Assembly: GCA_024234165.1 (NCBI GenBank)
Contig: JACKOP010000001.1
Span: forward strand, 213,707 to 277,706
Direction of reading: 5' to 3'
DNA length: 64,000 bases
Origin: Pseudomonadales bacterium
GTDB taxonomy: Bacteria > Pseudomonadota > Gammaproteobacteria > Pseudomonadales > UBA5518
In this document: positions 42,360 through 51,631 of the stretch, piece after piece
How the letters are laid out: each line of letters begins with the position of its first letter
How positions within the stretch are numbered: the first letter of the stretch is position 1
The notes under the pieces: model-generated
Told to the model about the DNA's origin: nothing
The model's database searches: none
What the model saw: only the letters and a program-made list of their open reading frames with translations
Program-made: the position numbers and the translations under genes

Positions 42360-44528
42360 TCAGAAACGGTAGCTTGCATCCAGGCCGTAGCTGCGTGGAT
42401 CACCGAACAGACCGACTGGTACCGGACCAAAGCCCCAGTGGGTGGCCAGGTACTCCTTGTCCGCAAGATTCTTGCCCCAGATCGCAAGCTCGAGGCCCTC
42501 GATCCCGGCTGTGTCCAGCAAAGCGACGCGTGCATTCACCAGTCCGTACGAGTCGACGATCAGGTTCGGCTGCGAGGTCACGCCAAAGAACTTGTCCTGC
42601 CACAAGTAATTCACGTTGACCTGTACCGTACCGATCGGAGTCTCGGGTGAGGTGTAATCCGCGTTGATCGAATAGCTGGTCTTCGGTGCGTGAGGAAACC
42701 TGAACATCGAGGTGATGTCGTTTCCGCCCAGGTCGACCACTTCCTTGAACTCCGGATCGATATGGCCATAACTGGCGCTGACGACCAGTCCGGTGACCAC
42801 GAGCACGCTCAGGTCCGCCTCGACCCCCTTGATCTTCGCCTTGCCCGCGTTGATGACGTCGAAGATCCGGGTATTGTTCGGGTTGAACACGTTGGTCTGG
42901 ATATCGTCGTAGTCGCTGTAGAACACGGTTGCGTTGAAGCGCACACGCCGATCGAGAAACTCCGATCTGAGACCCGCTTCGTACGAGATCAGGCTTTCAG
43001 GGCCAAATCCTGCCGCAAAGGCAGCAGAGGTACTCGCGGTCGGGTTGAAGCCGCCGGTCTTGTACCCTTCTGCGATCCGGGCGAACACGTTGACGCTGTC
43101 GGTGATATCGAATTGCACCGATCCGGACAGGCTGGTGTCACTGAAGCTGCGCGAGCCATTTCCTTGCAGGACAAGGGCCGGTGGTTGGTTACCGATCACG
43201 GAAAAGCCCAGCACGCTGGCGTCGCGCTTGTCCCACGATCTGCGCGCACCGAGCGTGATATGCAGCCTGTCGTCGAGGATGGCCGGTGTCCAGGTGCCTT
43301 CCCCGAACACCGCGTAGGCCTTGTTCTTCCAGTCGAAATTTCGCGGTCCCTGGAAGCCAGTGATGAAGGTATTGTTGCCGCCATCACCGGATTCGTCGAA
43401 GTAGTAGATACCCCCGACGTATTTGAGCCGATCCTCCAGCGTGTTGCCGATGAACTGCAGCTCTTCGCTGAACTGCTTCTGGTCGGTCCAGGCTTCGTTA
43501 TACAGTGGCAAGAGGAAAGGAATCACCGGTCCCGGGTTGTATGCCTGATTGGTCTTGTCGATGAGGTCGCGGTAGCCGGTGATCGAGCGGATCGTCAGGT
43601 TGTCCGAGACTTCGTAGCTCATCGTCAGGTTGTGTCCGCGAATACGCGAGTCGGCTGGCCGCAGCGCCTTCCACCCGGCATTGCCATGGCTGGGGCGTTT
43701 CGCCGACCCCGGGTAATATGGCACCTGTGCCACGTACAGCGAGGTATCACCCAGCCACGTTGCATCGAAGGTGTAGCGAAGCTGGAACTCCGCCAGGGGC
43801 TCCCACAGCAGTGCGCCCCTGAGCCCCTTGCGGTCAACATCGCCGAAGCGCTTGCTGCCCGGGCCGTGGTTGTCGATGAAACCGTCCTTCAGGACACGCG
43901 CATAGGTAAGATTGAGCGCAGCCGTTTCGCCAAGCGGAACATTGATCGACGAACGCGACCTGAACTCGTCGAAGCGTCCGAACGTGAAGCTCTGCTGTCC
44001 ACCGAACTCACCCAGAATCGGTGCCTTGGTGATGAAGTTGATCGCACCGGCGGTGGCATTGCGGCCGTACAGGGTGCCTTGTGGGCCACGCAGCACCTCG
44101 ATGCGCTCCAGCTCAGCCAAGTCGCTGCCCAGTCCCTGTCCGCGACCGACGTATACGCCATCCACGTAGACGGCAACGGGATTGTCACGTGTCTGTACCG
44201 CCGACGCTTCACCGATGCCCCGAATCATCGCACGTACCGTGGTTCCGGTATTCGGGTGGGGGGAAATCTGCAGGTTGGGAATCACCGCCATCATGTCCGG
44301 AAGGGAGGCGATCTTCCTTCGTTCGAGCATTCCGCTATCCAGGGCAGCGATCGAGATCGGCGTATCCTGGAGACTTTCCTCGCGCTTCTGAGCGGTAACC
44401 ACGATTTCCTCGAGCCCGGCCGTTGCCGTCTCCTGCGCACCGACCGGCAGCGAGAACACCGGCATCACGCAGATCGCAGTAAGCAACCGTCCAACGGACA
44501 CCGAAAGCAGAGTGCGACGAGCAAACAT
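42360..44528 (-). CDS. TonB-dependent receptor
   Basis: The real start is ATG 44528 (MFARRTLLSVSVGRLLTAICVMPVFSLPVGA). The plug region reads EEIVVTAQKREESLQDTPISIAAL...IEVLRGPQGTLYGRNATAGAINF. The C-terminus ends in YGLDASYRF with a terminal Phe. Confidence 0.9.
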   Translation of the reverse strand: MFARRTLLSVSVGRLLTAICVMPVFSLPVGAQETATAGLEEIVVTAQKREESLQDTPISIAALDSGMLERRKIASLPDMMAVIPNLQISPHPNTGTTVRAMIRGIGEASAVQTRDNPVAVYVDGVYVGRGQGLGSDLAELERIEVLRGPQGTLYGRNATAGAINFITKAPILGEFGGQQSFTFGRFDEFRSRSSINVPLGETAALNLTYARVLKDGFIDNHGPGSKRFGDVDRKGLRGALLWEPLAEFQLRYTFDATWLGDTSLYVAQVPYYPGSAKRPSHGNAGWKALRPADSRIRGHNLTMSYEVSDNLTIRSITGYRDLIDKTNQAYNPGPVIPFLLPLYNEAWTDQKQFSEELQFIGNTLEDRLKYVGGIYYFDESGDGGNNTFITGFQGPRNFDWKNKAYAVFGEGTWTPAILDDRLHITLGARRSWDKRDASVLGFSVIGNQPPALVLQGNGSRSFSDTSLSGSVQFDITDSVNVFARIAEGYKTGGFNPTASTSAAFAAGFGPESLISYEAGLRSEFLDRRVRFNATVFYSDYDDIQTNVFNPNNTRIFDVINAGKAKIKGVEADLSVLVVTGLVVSASYGHIDPEFKEVVDLGGNDITSMFRFPHAPKTSYSINADYTSPETPIGTVQVNVNYLWQDKFFGVTSQPNLIVDSYGLVNARVALLDTAGIEGLELAIWGKNLADKEYLATHWGFGPVPVGLFGDPRSYGLDASYRF

Positions 44529-44599
44529 GGACAGGTTCCCCTTTGACGTTCTGGACTGTTGTCGTGAGAACCGAACGTAGCACGCCAAGCGTCCCGGGT

Positions 44600-44621
44600 G
44601 CATCATGCGAATGCATGATGC
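44600..44621. promoter_or_regulatory. Perfect 9-4-9 palindrome GCATCATGC-GAAT-GCATGATGC in the TonB-receptor/sulfatase divergent intergenic region
   Basis: Read directly from the sequence. It lies 72 nt upstream of the receptor start and 186 nt upstream of the sulfatase start. It is a candidate operator, and the regulator is unknown. Confidence 0.4.
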
Positions 44622-44806
44622 GACGCAGGTTGCCGATAGCCCAGAGAACGGGACAACAGAAAACGGTCGAGGGAACTCGAGTCCGACCGTTGCCACTCCC
44701 CCCTATTGCCCTGCCCGCCGCTGTCCGCTATCGTCCGGGCTTCACCAAGTGCTCAAATCATGACGCGGCCGAGAGTTCGTCCCTCGCCCCGCCGGAACAA
44801 AAGTCG

Positions 44807-47128
44807 ATGCCGATGGACAGTTACTTTATCGCCACGACGTACCGCGGACTCGCACGCAGGTGCATGGCCGTATGTTTCGGCATCACCAGCGTTCTCGCCG
44901 CCCTGTCCGCAGCCGCCGACACGCCACCGTCCATCCCCCATATCCAGGCCCTCGCAGGGGCCCCGAACATAGTGCTGGTACTGCTCGACGATGTCGGTTT
45001 CGGCGCTACGTCTACCTTTGGCGGTCCGGTGGCCGCTCCGGCGCTCGATGCGCTGGCTCGCGAGGGCTTGCGCTACAACCGTTTCCACACCACCGCCATC
45101 TGCTCCCCGACGCGCGCATCGCTGCTCACCGGTCGCAACCCCCATGCCGCCAACGTGGGCGCGGTTCTGAACTCTTCCAATGCCTACCCGGGCTATCAGG
45201 GCGTGCTGCGCAAGGAAACCACCACCATCGCGGAACTGCTGCGCCGCAATGGCTACAGTACCGCGGCCATCGGCAAGTGGCACCTGACCCCCGTCTGGGA
45301 AACCTCGCCCTCGGGCCCGTTCGACCGCTGGCCGACCGGGCTCGGCTTCGAGAAGTTCTACGGGTTCCTGGGAGGTGAGACCGACCAGTTCGAACCCACG
45401 CTCTACGAGGGCACCACGCCGGTTCGTCGCCCCCCGGGTGAGGGCTATCACCTGAGCGAGGACATGGCCGATCAGGCGATCGCGTGGCTGCACGCCCAGC
45501 ACTCCATCACTCCCGACAAGCCGTTCCTGCTGTATTTCGCGCCTGGCGGCACGCACGCTCCGTTGCAGGTGCCCAAGGACTGGATCGAGCGGTACCGGGG
45601 CCAATTCTCCGGAGGCTGGGATGCACTGCGACAGCAGATCTTCCGCCGCCAGCAGCAACTCGGCGTGATCCCCGCGAATGCCGAGCTTACGGCTCGCCCC
45701 GCGGAACTGCCCGCCTGGGACAGCCTGAACCGGGACCAGCAGATCGTGGCCGAACGTCTGATGGAAGCTTACGCCGGCTTCCTCGCGCACACCGACGCGC
45801 AGGTCGGCCGCCTGGTGCAGGCGTTGAAGGACTCCGGCCAGTTCGACAACACGCTGTTCGTCTACATCGCCGGCGACAACGGCAGCAGCGCCGAAGGCGG
45901 GCTCGAGGGCAGCATCAACTACAGCGGCGCACTGCAGGGACTGCGCGAACCGCTGGCCACGCAGCTCGCACGCCTGGAGGACATCGGCGGACCCGACACT
46001 TTCCCGCAATACAACGCGGGCTGGGCCTGGGCGCTGACCACGCCTTTCCAGTGGGTGAAGCAGGTGGCTTCACATCTGGGCGGCACCCGCAACCCAATGG
46101 TCGTGAGCTGGCCGGCGCGGATCGCTGACCGCGGAGGCCTGCGCAGCCAGTTTGCGCATGTGAACGACATCACGCCGACGATTCTCGACGCGGTCGGGCT
46201 CGCAATGCCGGAGCAAGTGGACGGCGTGGCGCAACGGCCGCTGGACGGTGCCAGCCTGTTGCCGAGCATCCTGCGCGCCGACGCCCCGGAGCACAAGTCC
46301 ACCCAGCTGTTCGAGGTGCACGGCCACCGGGCGATCTACCACGACGGCTGGCTGGCGTCGGCGCGTCACGACCGCCTGCCCTGGACCGTCGGCCTGCGCA
46401 TGGGGCCGACGCCGTTCGAGGATGATGTGTGGGAGCTGTATCACCTCGACGAGGATTTCAGTCAGGCCCGCAACCTGGCCGCGCAGATGCCGGACAAGTT
46501 GCGCGCGATGCAGGCACTGTTCGACCAGGAGGCGCAACGCCTTGGCATCTTGCCGTTGCGCAGCTCGCTCGACACGCGTACTCCGATGCCGAACCTGAGC
46601 GAGGGACGAACCGAATTCACGTACTACGCCGGCACGGTCGGGATCCCGGAGAGCCAGGCACCGCAGTTTGTCAGTCGCTCGTGGGAGCTGCGTGCCACCC
46701 TCGACATTCCGGAGGGCGCGGGTATCGTCCGCGGAGTGATCGCTACCGTCGGTGGAACGGTCGGCGGCTGGTCATTGCACCTCGACGGCGGCGGCAAACC
46801 GGTGTTCGAGTACCGCGCCTTCGAACTGGGCAGACTGCGCCTCGCTGGTCCACAGGCGCTCGCACCGGGACGGCACACGCTGCGGCTGGAGTTCGCCTAC
46901 GACGGCGGTGGCTACGCGAAGGGTGGGACGTTCACCCTGAGCGATGGCGAGCGCGTACTCGGCCAGGAACGCATCGCAGTCACCCCACCCTCGCACTTCT
47001 CGATCGACGAGACCTTCGACATCGGCACCGACACCGGTTCGCCTGCCGGACGCTATCCTGCGGGAGTTCCGGTCGGCAATCCATTGACGGGGGCAGCGAT
47101 CGCGCGCGTGGATATCGAACTGCGCTGA
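44807..47128 (+). CDS. Arylsulfatase (Cys-type, formylglycine-dependent)
   Basis: The real start is ATG 44807 (MPMDSYF..., with a signal peptide). The sulfatase signature is CSPTRASLLTGRNPH, preceded by NIVLVLLDDVGFG, with GKWHLT further on. Confidence 0.9.
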   Translation: MPMDSYFIATTYRGLARRCMAVCFGITSVLAALSAAADTPPSIPHIQALAGAPNIVLVLLDDVGFGATSTFGGPVAAPALDALAREGLRYNRFHTTAICSPTRASLLTGRNPHAANVGAVLNSSNAYPGYQGVLRKETTTIAELLRRNGYSTAAIGKWHLTPVWETSPSGPFDRWPTGLGFEKFYGFLGGETDQFEPTLYEGTTPVRRPPGEGYHLSEDMADQAIAWLHAQHSITPDKPFLLYFAPGGTHAPLQVPKDWIERYRGQFSGGWDALRQQIFRRQQQLGVIPANAELTARPAELPAWDSLNRDQQIVAERLMEAYAGFLAHTDAQVGRLVQALKDSGQFDNTLFVYIAGDNGSSAEGGLEGSINYSGALQGLREPLATQLARLEDIGGPDTFPQYNAGWAWALTTPFQWVKQVASHLGGTRNPMVVSWPARIADRGGLRSQFAHVNDITPTILDAVGLAMPEQVDGVAQRPLDGASLLPSILRADAPEHKSTQLFEVHGHRAIYHDGWLASARHDRLPWTVGLRMGPTPFEDDVWELYHLDEDFSQARNLAAQMPDKLRAMQALFDQEAQRLGILPLRSSLDTRTPMPNLSEGRTEFTYYAGTVGIPESQAPQFVSRSWELRATLDIPEGAGIVRGVIATVGGTVGGWSLHLDGGGKPVFEYRAFELGRLRLAGPQALAPGRHTLRLEFAYDGGGYAKGGTFTLSDGERVLGQERIAVTPPSHFSIDETFDIGTDTGSPAGRYPAGVPVGNPLTGAAIARVDIELR

Positions 47129-47222
47129 GGCCCTGGGCACGTCGATCGCGGCCATGCGGGCCTCGACGCCGCCCCGTCGACCGGCAGCAGCGCCTGCTCG
47201 TAGGGTTGGAGTGTGCAGATTG

Positions 47223-48449
47223 TTAAGCAACATCAAATACGATTGGCATCTCCTTGATTCCATGGATGAAGTTTGACCTCAGCCATTTGATGTCACCGTT
47301 CAGTTGCGGATTGCGAATGTGCTTCACGATCTCCTCGAACACGATATTCAGTTCGAGGCGTGCGAGGTGGCTCCCCAGGCAGAAATGCTCGCCGATACCG
47401 AAGGCACGGTGCTCATTACGAACGTCTTCGCGTCGCGGGCGCGTGATGTCGAAATTGTCCGGCTCCTCGAACAATGCTTCATCGCGGCTCGCTGCCTGGT
47501 AGAACATCTGGATCTTGTCACCGGGTTCGAGTGGCTGGCCGCCCACCTCGACCGGCTCGGTCACGGTACGCCGGAAGCTGATCACGGCCGGGTTGAAGCG
47601 CAGTATTTCCTCGACTGCGTCCGGGATCAGCGAAGGATCGTCGACCAGCATCTGGTATTGCTCCGGATGCTCCATCAACAGGCGCATGCCATGGCTAGTC
47701 ATGGTGCGGGTCGTTTCGTTGCCTGCGACGATCAGCAGCATCATGAAATTGCGGAATTCGTCTTCGCTCAGATGTTCGCCGGCCACCGTTCCTCGCAGCA
47801 GTGCCCCGACGATATCGTCGCGCGGATCCGCACGGTGCTGCTCCATGACCTTGTCCGAGTACATGTACAGCTCGGCAGCTGCCATCTGCGCTGCCTCGGG
47901 CGTGGTCGACAGATCAGGGTCGTCGGCTCCGAGCATGATGTTGGTCCACTCGAAGAACTTGCTGCGATCCTCGATCGGCACCCCGAGAATCTCGCAGATC
48001 GCGATCAGCGGCAGCACGCACGCGATCTCGGTGACGAACTCGCATTCGCCGCGCGCCAGCACCGCTCCAACCGCATCACGCACGATCTGGCGAAAACGGG
48101 GTTCGTACGATTCGACCTTTGCCGGTGTGAAGGCGTTGCGGATGATGCGCCGGTACTTGATGTGCTCCGGCGGATCCATGTTGATGATCATCGTACGCAG
48201 CATTTCCACCTGATCGGGTGGCACGTCGTTCAGGAAGCAGGTCTTGGCCGCAGACGAGAACTGCAGCGGGTGTTTCGATATGTAGTCGACGTCTTCCTGT
48301 CTGAAGAAAGCCCAGAAACCTTCGCCTCCCGTCATCGGTTGATCGATGCGCACCGACCGCGCTGCACGCAGATCCCGATAGAGATCGGCTGGAACGCCGC
48401 CGCAGTGGAGATCAGGACTGCTGAGATCGGCATACGGACACGAAGCCAT
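47223..48449 (-). CDS. Cytochrome P450
   Basis: Track ORF of 408 aa. The I-helix is VAGNETT, the ExxR motif is EEILRF and the heme loop is FGIGEHFCLGSHLA. Confidence 0.92.
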   Translation of the reverse strand: MASCPYADLSSPDLHCGGVPADLYRDLRAARSVRIDQPMTGGEGFWAFFRQEDVDYISKHPLQFSSAAKTCFLNDVPPDQVEMLRTMIINMDPPEHIKYRRIIRNAFTPAKVESYEPRFRQIVRDAVGAVLARGECEFVTEIACVLPLIAICEILGVPIEDRSKFFEWTNIMLGADDPDLSTTPEAAQMAAAELYMYSDKVMEQHRADPRDDIVGALLRGTVAGEHLSEDEFRNFMMLLIVAGNETTRTMTSHGMRLLMEHPEQYQMLVDDPSLIPDAVEEILRFNPAVISFRRTVTEPVEVGGQPLEPGDKIQMFYQAASRDEALFEEPDNFDITRPRREDVRNEHRAFGIGEHFCLGSHLARLELNIVFEEIVKHIRNPQLNGDIKWLRSNFIHGIKEMPIVFDVA

Positions 48450-48637
48450 GCGCTGCTCCTGCTGAACGTGGTCATGATGAATTCGCCTGAAGTCTCGACC
48501 GCACCGGTATGACTGTCAACACTCCGGGACCACGTGGCACATTACGATTCTGTGTGGATTCATTTTCAGGTCGAACGGAGATTACGATGACGCCGTCGAC
48601 CCGATCCAGACCAACGGCCAGACCAACGGAGAGTCTC

Positions 48638-49078
48638 ATGCGCTACCTGCACACGATGGTTCGAGTCAGCGACCTGGAGACAGGACTCGCGTTCTGGCGC
48701 GACGCTCTGGGGCTGGTGGAAACCCGTCGCCACGAGAATGCTGCCGGGCGTTTCACGCTCGTCTATCTCGCTGCTCCGCTGGATCAGACCAACGCCGTCC
48801 GTGCGCACTCACCCGAACTGGAATTGACGTGGAACTGGGATCACGAGGTCTACACCGGCGGCAGGAACTTCGGTCACCTGGCCTACGCGGTCGACGACAT
48901 CTACGCAACCTGCGAGCGCCTTCACGCCGCCGGCGTAACGATCAATCGCCCTCCTCGCGACGGACGCATGGCGTTCGTGCGCTCACCGGACGGTATCTCG
49001 GTGGAGTTCCTGCAGCGCGGTGCACCACTGGTGCCACGCGAACCGTGGCTGTCGATGCCGAACAGCGGAAGCTGGTGA
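48638..49078 (+). CDS. gloA: Lactoylglutathione lyase (glyoxalase I, VOC family)
   Basis: The start is ATG 48638, with GGAGAG upstream. The sequence reads MRYLHTMVRVSDLETGLAFWRDALGL...ELTWNW...GHLAYAVDDIYATCERL...RMAFVRSPDGISVEF. Confidence 0.85.
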   Translation: MRYLHTMVRVSDLETGLAFWRDALGLVETRRHENAAGRFTLVYLAAPLDQTNAVRAHSPELELTWNWDHEVYTGGRNFGHLAYAVDDIYATCERLHAAGVTINRPPRDGRMAFVRSPDGISVEFLQRGAPLVPREPWLSMPNSGSW

Positions 49079-49106
49079 GGCTGCTTCGCTGCGATAGCGA
49101 TGCTGC

Positions 49107-50375
49107 CTAGAGCAGCGCGCGCAAAGCCAGGAAGATCACGAGCGACAGGATCGCCCCGGCCGGTAGCGTGACCAGCCAGCTCACCAGAATGCCGCCGATC
49201 ACGCGCAGGTTCAGCGCACCGATACCGCGTGCCAGGCCAACGCCGAGCACCGCACCGACCAGTGTGTGCGTGGTCGACACCGGCAGCCCCATCCCGGAGG
49301 CAATCACGACCGTAGAGGCTGCACCGAGCTCCGCCGCAAAACCACGGCTCGGGGTCAGCTCGGTGATCTTCTCGCCGATCGTCGCAATCACACGGTAGCC
49401 GAAAGTCGACAGGCCTGCGACGATCCCGACCGCGCCAAACAGCAGGATCCATGACGGCGAGGACGTGTCGTCGCGGACCACGCCGCCCTCGTTTATCACC
49501 GACACGATTGCAGCCAACGGTCCCACCGCATTCGCGACGTCGTTAGAGCCGTGCGCAAAAGCCATCGAACACGCGGTGAATATCATCAGTACGCCGAACA
49601 CGCGCTCGACGTTTGCGAAGCGGAACCGGCCACGCTTGTCGAGCTCGGCGTCGAACTTGATGCGAGCGAGCAGCACGATACCAAACACCATCACGAGCAG
49701 ACCGATTGCGAACGACAGCAACAGTGACTGCCCCAGTGACAGATCGAGTCCAATGTGGCTCAGGCCCTTCGTCAGGGTGACCATCGAAAGCATCGCGCCG
49801 ACGTAGAACATATAAAAAGGAACGAAACGCTTGGCCTGCCGGAACGGGTCGTCACGCCCGAGGATCAGTTTCTGCACGCTGGTGAACAGCAGATACGAAA
49901 TGACACCGGCGAACACGGGTGACACCACCCAGCTCGACATGATCGACAGTACCTTGCCCCACTTCACGGCATCGACCGACACCCCGACCGACGCAAAGCC
50001 GGCGATCGCACCGACGATCGAATGCGTGGTCGATACCGGCCAACCCTGCGCAGTCGCGACCAGCAGCCAGATCCCTGCAGCCAGGAGCGCCGAAATCATG
50101 CCGAGCACCAACAGGTCGGGATGTTGTGCAAAGAGGTTGGCATCGACGATATCGCTGCGGATCGTGGCAGTGACCTCACCACCTGCCAGCCAGGCCCCGC
50201 AGAACTCGAACACTGCAGCGATCAGGATCGCCTGACGGATGGTGAGCGCACGGCTGCCGACCGAGGTACCCATCGCATTTGCGACATCGTTCGCCCCGAC
50301 TCCCCATGCCATGAAAAAGCCGAACGCACAACCGAGGATGAGCAGCAATTGCGCGTGCTCTACCAGCATCTCCAT
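49107..50375 (-). CDS. PiT-family inorganic phosphate transporter
   Basis: The track ORF has a TTG start at 50396. I prefer ATG 50375 (MEMLVEHAQLL...). Two GANDVANA signatures are present (GVGANDVANAMG and HGSNDVANAVG). Confidence 0.9.
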   Translation of the reverse strand: MEMLVEHAQLLLILGCAFGFFMAWGVGANDVANAMGTSVGSRALTIRQAILIAAVFEFCGAWLAGGEVTATIRSDIVDANLFAQHPDLLVLGMISALLAAGIWLLVATAQGWPVSTTHSIVGAIAGFASVGVSVDAVKWGKVLSIMSSWVVSPVFAGVISYLLFTSVQKLILGRDDPFRQAKRFVPFYMFYVGAMLSMVTLTKGLSHIGLDLSLGQSLLLSFAIGLLVMVFGIVLLARIKFDAELDKRGRFRFANVERVFGVLMIFTACSMAFAHGSNDVANAVGPLAAIVSVINEGGVVRDDTSSPSWILLFGAVGIVAGLSTFGYRVIATIGEKITELTPSRGFAAELGAASTVVIASGMGLPVSTTHTLVGAVLGVGLARGIGALNLRVIGGILVSWLVTLPAGAILSLVIFLALRALL

Positions 50376-50392
50376 GGTCAGTTCGCTCCCCG

Positions 50393-51070
50393 TCAACCGG
50401 CGATGAGTTGTTCCAGGCGACCGCCGACCCGCTGTGCGACGTCGGCGACTTCACCGATCCAGGCGATGATGTCGTAGAGGAAAATCACGTTGACCGGTGG
50501 CAGCTCCGACTCGAGCGCAAACAGTTCGGCCCGTGCGAATACCTCGAGCCGGTCGGTCTCCTCTTCCAACACCTCGATCTCGCCGACCATCGCATGCACG
50601 ATGGCGGTCTCACGACCGGCAAAACCGGTTTCGAGCAGTTCGTCGAGTTCCTCGATCGCGTTCAATGCCTGCGCAGAAGTGGAAACCGCGGCGATCACGA
50701 ACTCTCGCATGCGAACCGCCATCTGCGGCGGCACCATCATGCGCCGTCCCAGCATCAGTCCGGCGATATCGCGTACGCGGTTTGCGATCTTGTCCTGCAT
50801 CCGCAGCAGTTCCAGCACGTCGGAACGATTCACTGGAATCAGCAGCCCGCTGCGCATGCTGCCGCGGATTTCCTTCTTGACCTGGTCAGCCTCTCGCTCG
50901 AGCCGCTGGATACGGGCCTGGATCGTTTGTGCGCGCTCCCAGTCTCCGGCCAGCGTGGCGTCGAAGAACGGTAGCAGTTCGCTGGCGCACTCCTGGGCCT
51001 TTTCCATGTGACGTTGCAGAGCCGACAGCGGGGATCGACTGAACAATCTGCCGAGGGGGTTGGAGATCAT
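50393..51070 (-). CDS. DUF47/TIGR00153 family protein (PhoU-like partner of PiT transporters)
   Basis: Track ORF of 225 aa. The fold is helical and PhoU-like (ADQVKKEIRGSM...NRSDVLELLRMQDKIAN...IAWIGEVADVAQRVGGRL). It lies immediately upstream of the PiT gene. Confidence 0.82.
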   Translation of the reverse strand: MISNPLGRLFSRSPLSALQRHMEKAQECASELLPFFDATLAGDWERAQTIQARIQRLEREADQVKKEIRGSMRSGLLIPVNRSDVLELLRMQDKIANRVRDIAGLMLGRRMMVPPQMAVRMREFVIAAVSTSAQALNAIEELDELLETGFAGRETAIVHAMVGEIEVLEEETDRLEVFARAELFALESELPPVNVIFLYDIIAWIGEVADVAQRVGGRLEQLIAG

Positions 51071-51104
51071 GCACGGCTCCGTGCTCGGAAAAGTGCGCGG
51101 AGGT

Positions 51105-51125
51105 TACACTGCGAGCTACACTGCG
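51105..51125. promoter_or_regulatory. Direct repeat TACACTGCG-AGC-TACACTGCG (12-bp period) between the divergent DUF47-PiT and nfeD-SPFH operons
   Basis: Read directly from the sequence. The periodicity is compatible with a winged-helix response-regulator site, but the repeat does not match the Pho-box consensus. Confidence 0.25.
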
Positions 51126-51158
51126 GCAACGGCTGATGCTCCCGGGAGGATGGTCAAA

Positions 51159-51599
51159 ATGCTCTATTGGCACTGGCTGGTGCTGGGAATGGCGCTGTCG
51201 GCGATCGAGATATTCCTGCCGACCTTTACCGCGCTGTGGTTTGGTGCAGGGGCGATTCTCGTTGGCGTCCTTCTACTTCTGATCCCCTCGCTGAGTCTCG
51301 CCTGGCAGATCGGAATCTGGTCGGTGGCATCGGCAGTTGCAACCTGGGCCTGGTTCCGTTTCTATCGTCGGGTGACGCTGGATCACACGAAGGCCGGATT
51401 GGGCCGTGAGACACTGCTCGGTGAGACCGCACTCGTGGTTCGTGCCCCGGCGGGCGACAAGCGCGGCATGCTGCGCTTCGCCACGCCCAAGCTTGGCGCA
51501 GAGGAATGGCAGTTCTTCTGCGCCGAGCCGGTCGAGGCAGGAGATCGCGTCGTGGTCGAGGACGTATCGGGCAACACGCTGATCGTGACGCGGCACTAG
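51159..51599 (+). CDS. NfeD-family membrane protein
   Basis: I prefer ATG 51159, 8 nt after GGGAGGA. The sequence starts MLYWHWLVLGMALSAIEIFLPTFTALWFGAGAIL. The C-terminal OB-like domain reads GETALVVRAP...GDRVVVEDVSGNTLIV. An SPFH gene follows. Confidence 0.8.
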   Translation: MLYWHWLVLGMALSAIEIFLPTFTALWFGAGAILVGVLLLLIPSLSLAWQIGIWSVASAVATWAWFRFYRRVTLDHTKAGLGRETLLGETALVVRAPAGDKRGMLRFATPKLGAEEWQFFCAEPVEAGDRVVVEDVSGNTLIVTRH

Positions 51600-51631
51600 A
51601 AGAACATTTCCCTCAGCCCAACGGAGGCAAA

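Noticed and set aside
35267-48512. A series of long shadow ORFs: 35267-36928 (-), 37734-39647 (+), 39886-41982 (+), 42690-44546 (+), 44753-46009 (-), 47304-48512 (+)
   Set aside because: Each lies antisense to a gene with strong family motifs (CoA-transferase, PQQ dehydrogenase, heme protein, TBDR, sulfatase, P450). Each translates to Arg/Gly/His-rich sequence with no recognisable domains.
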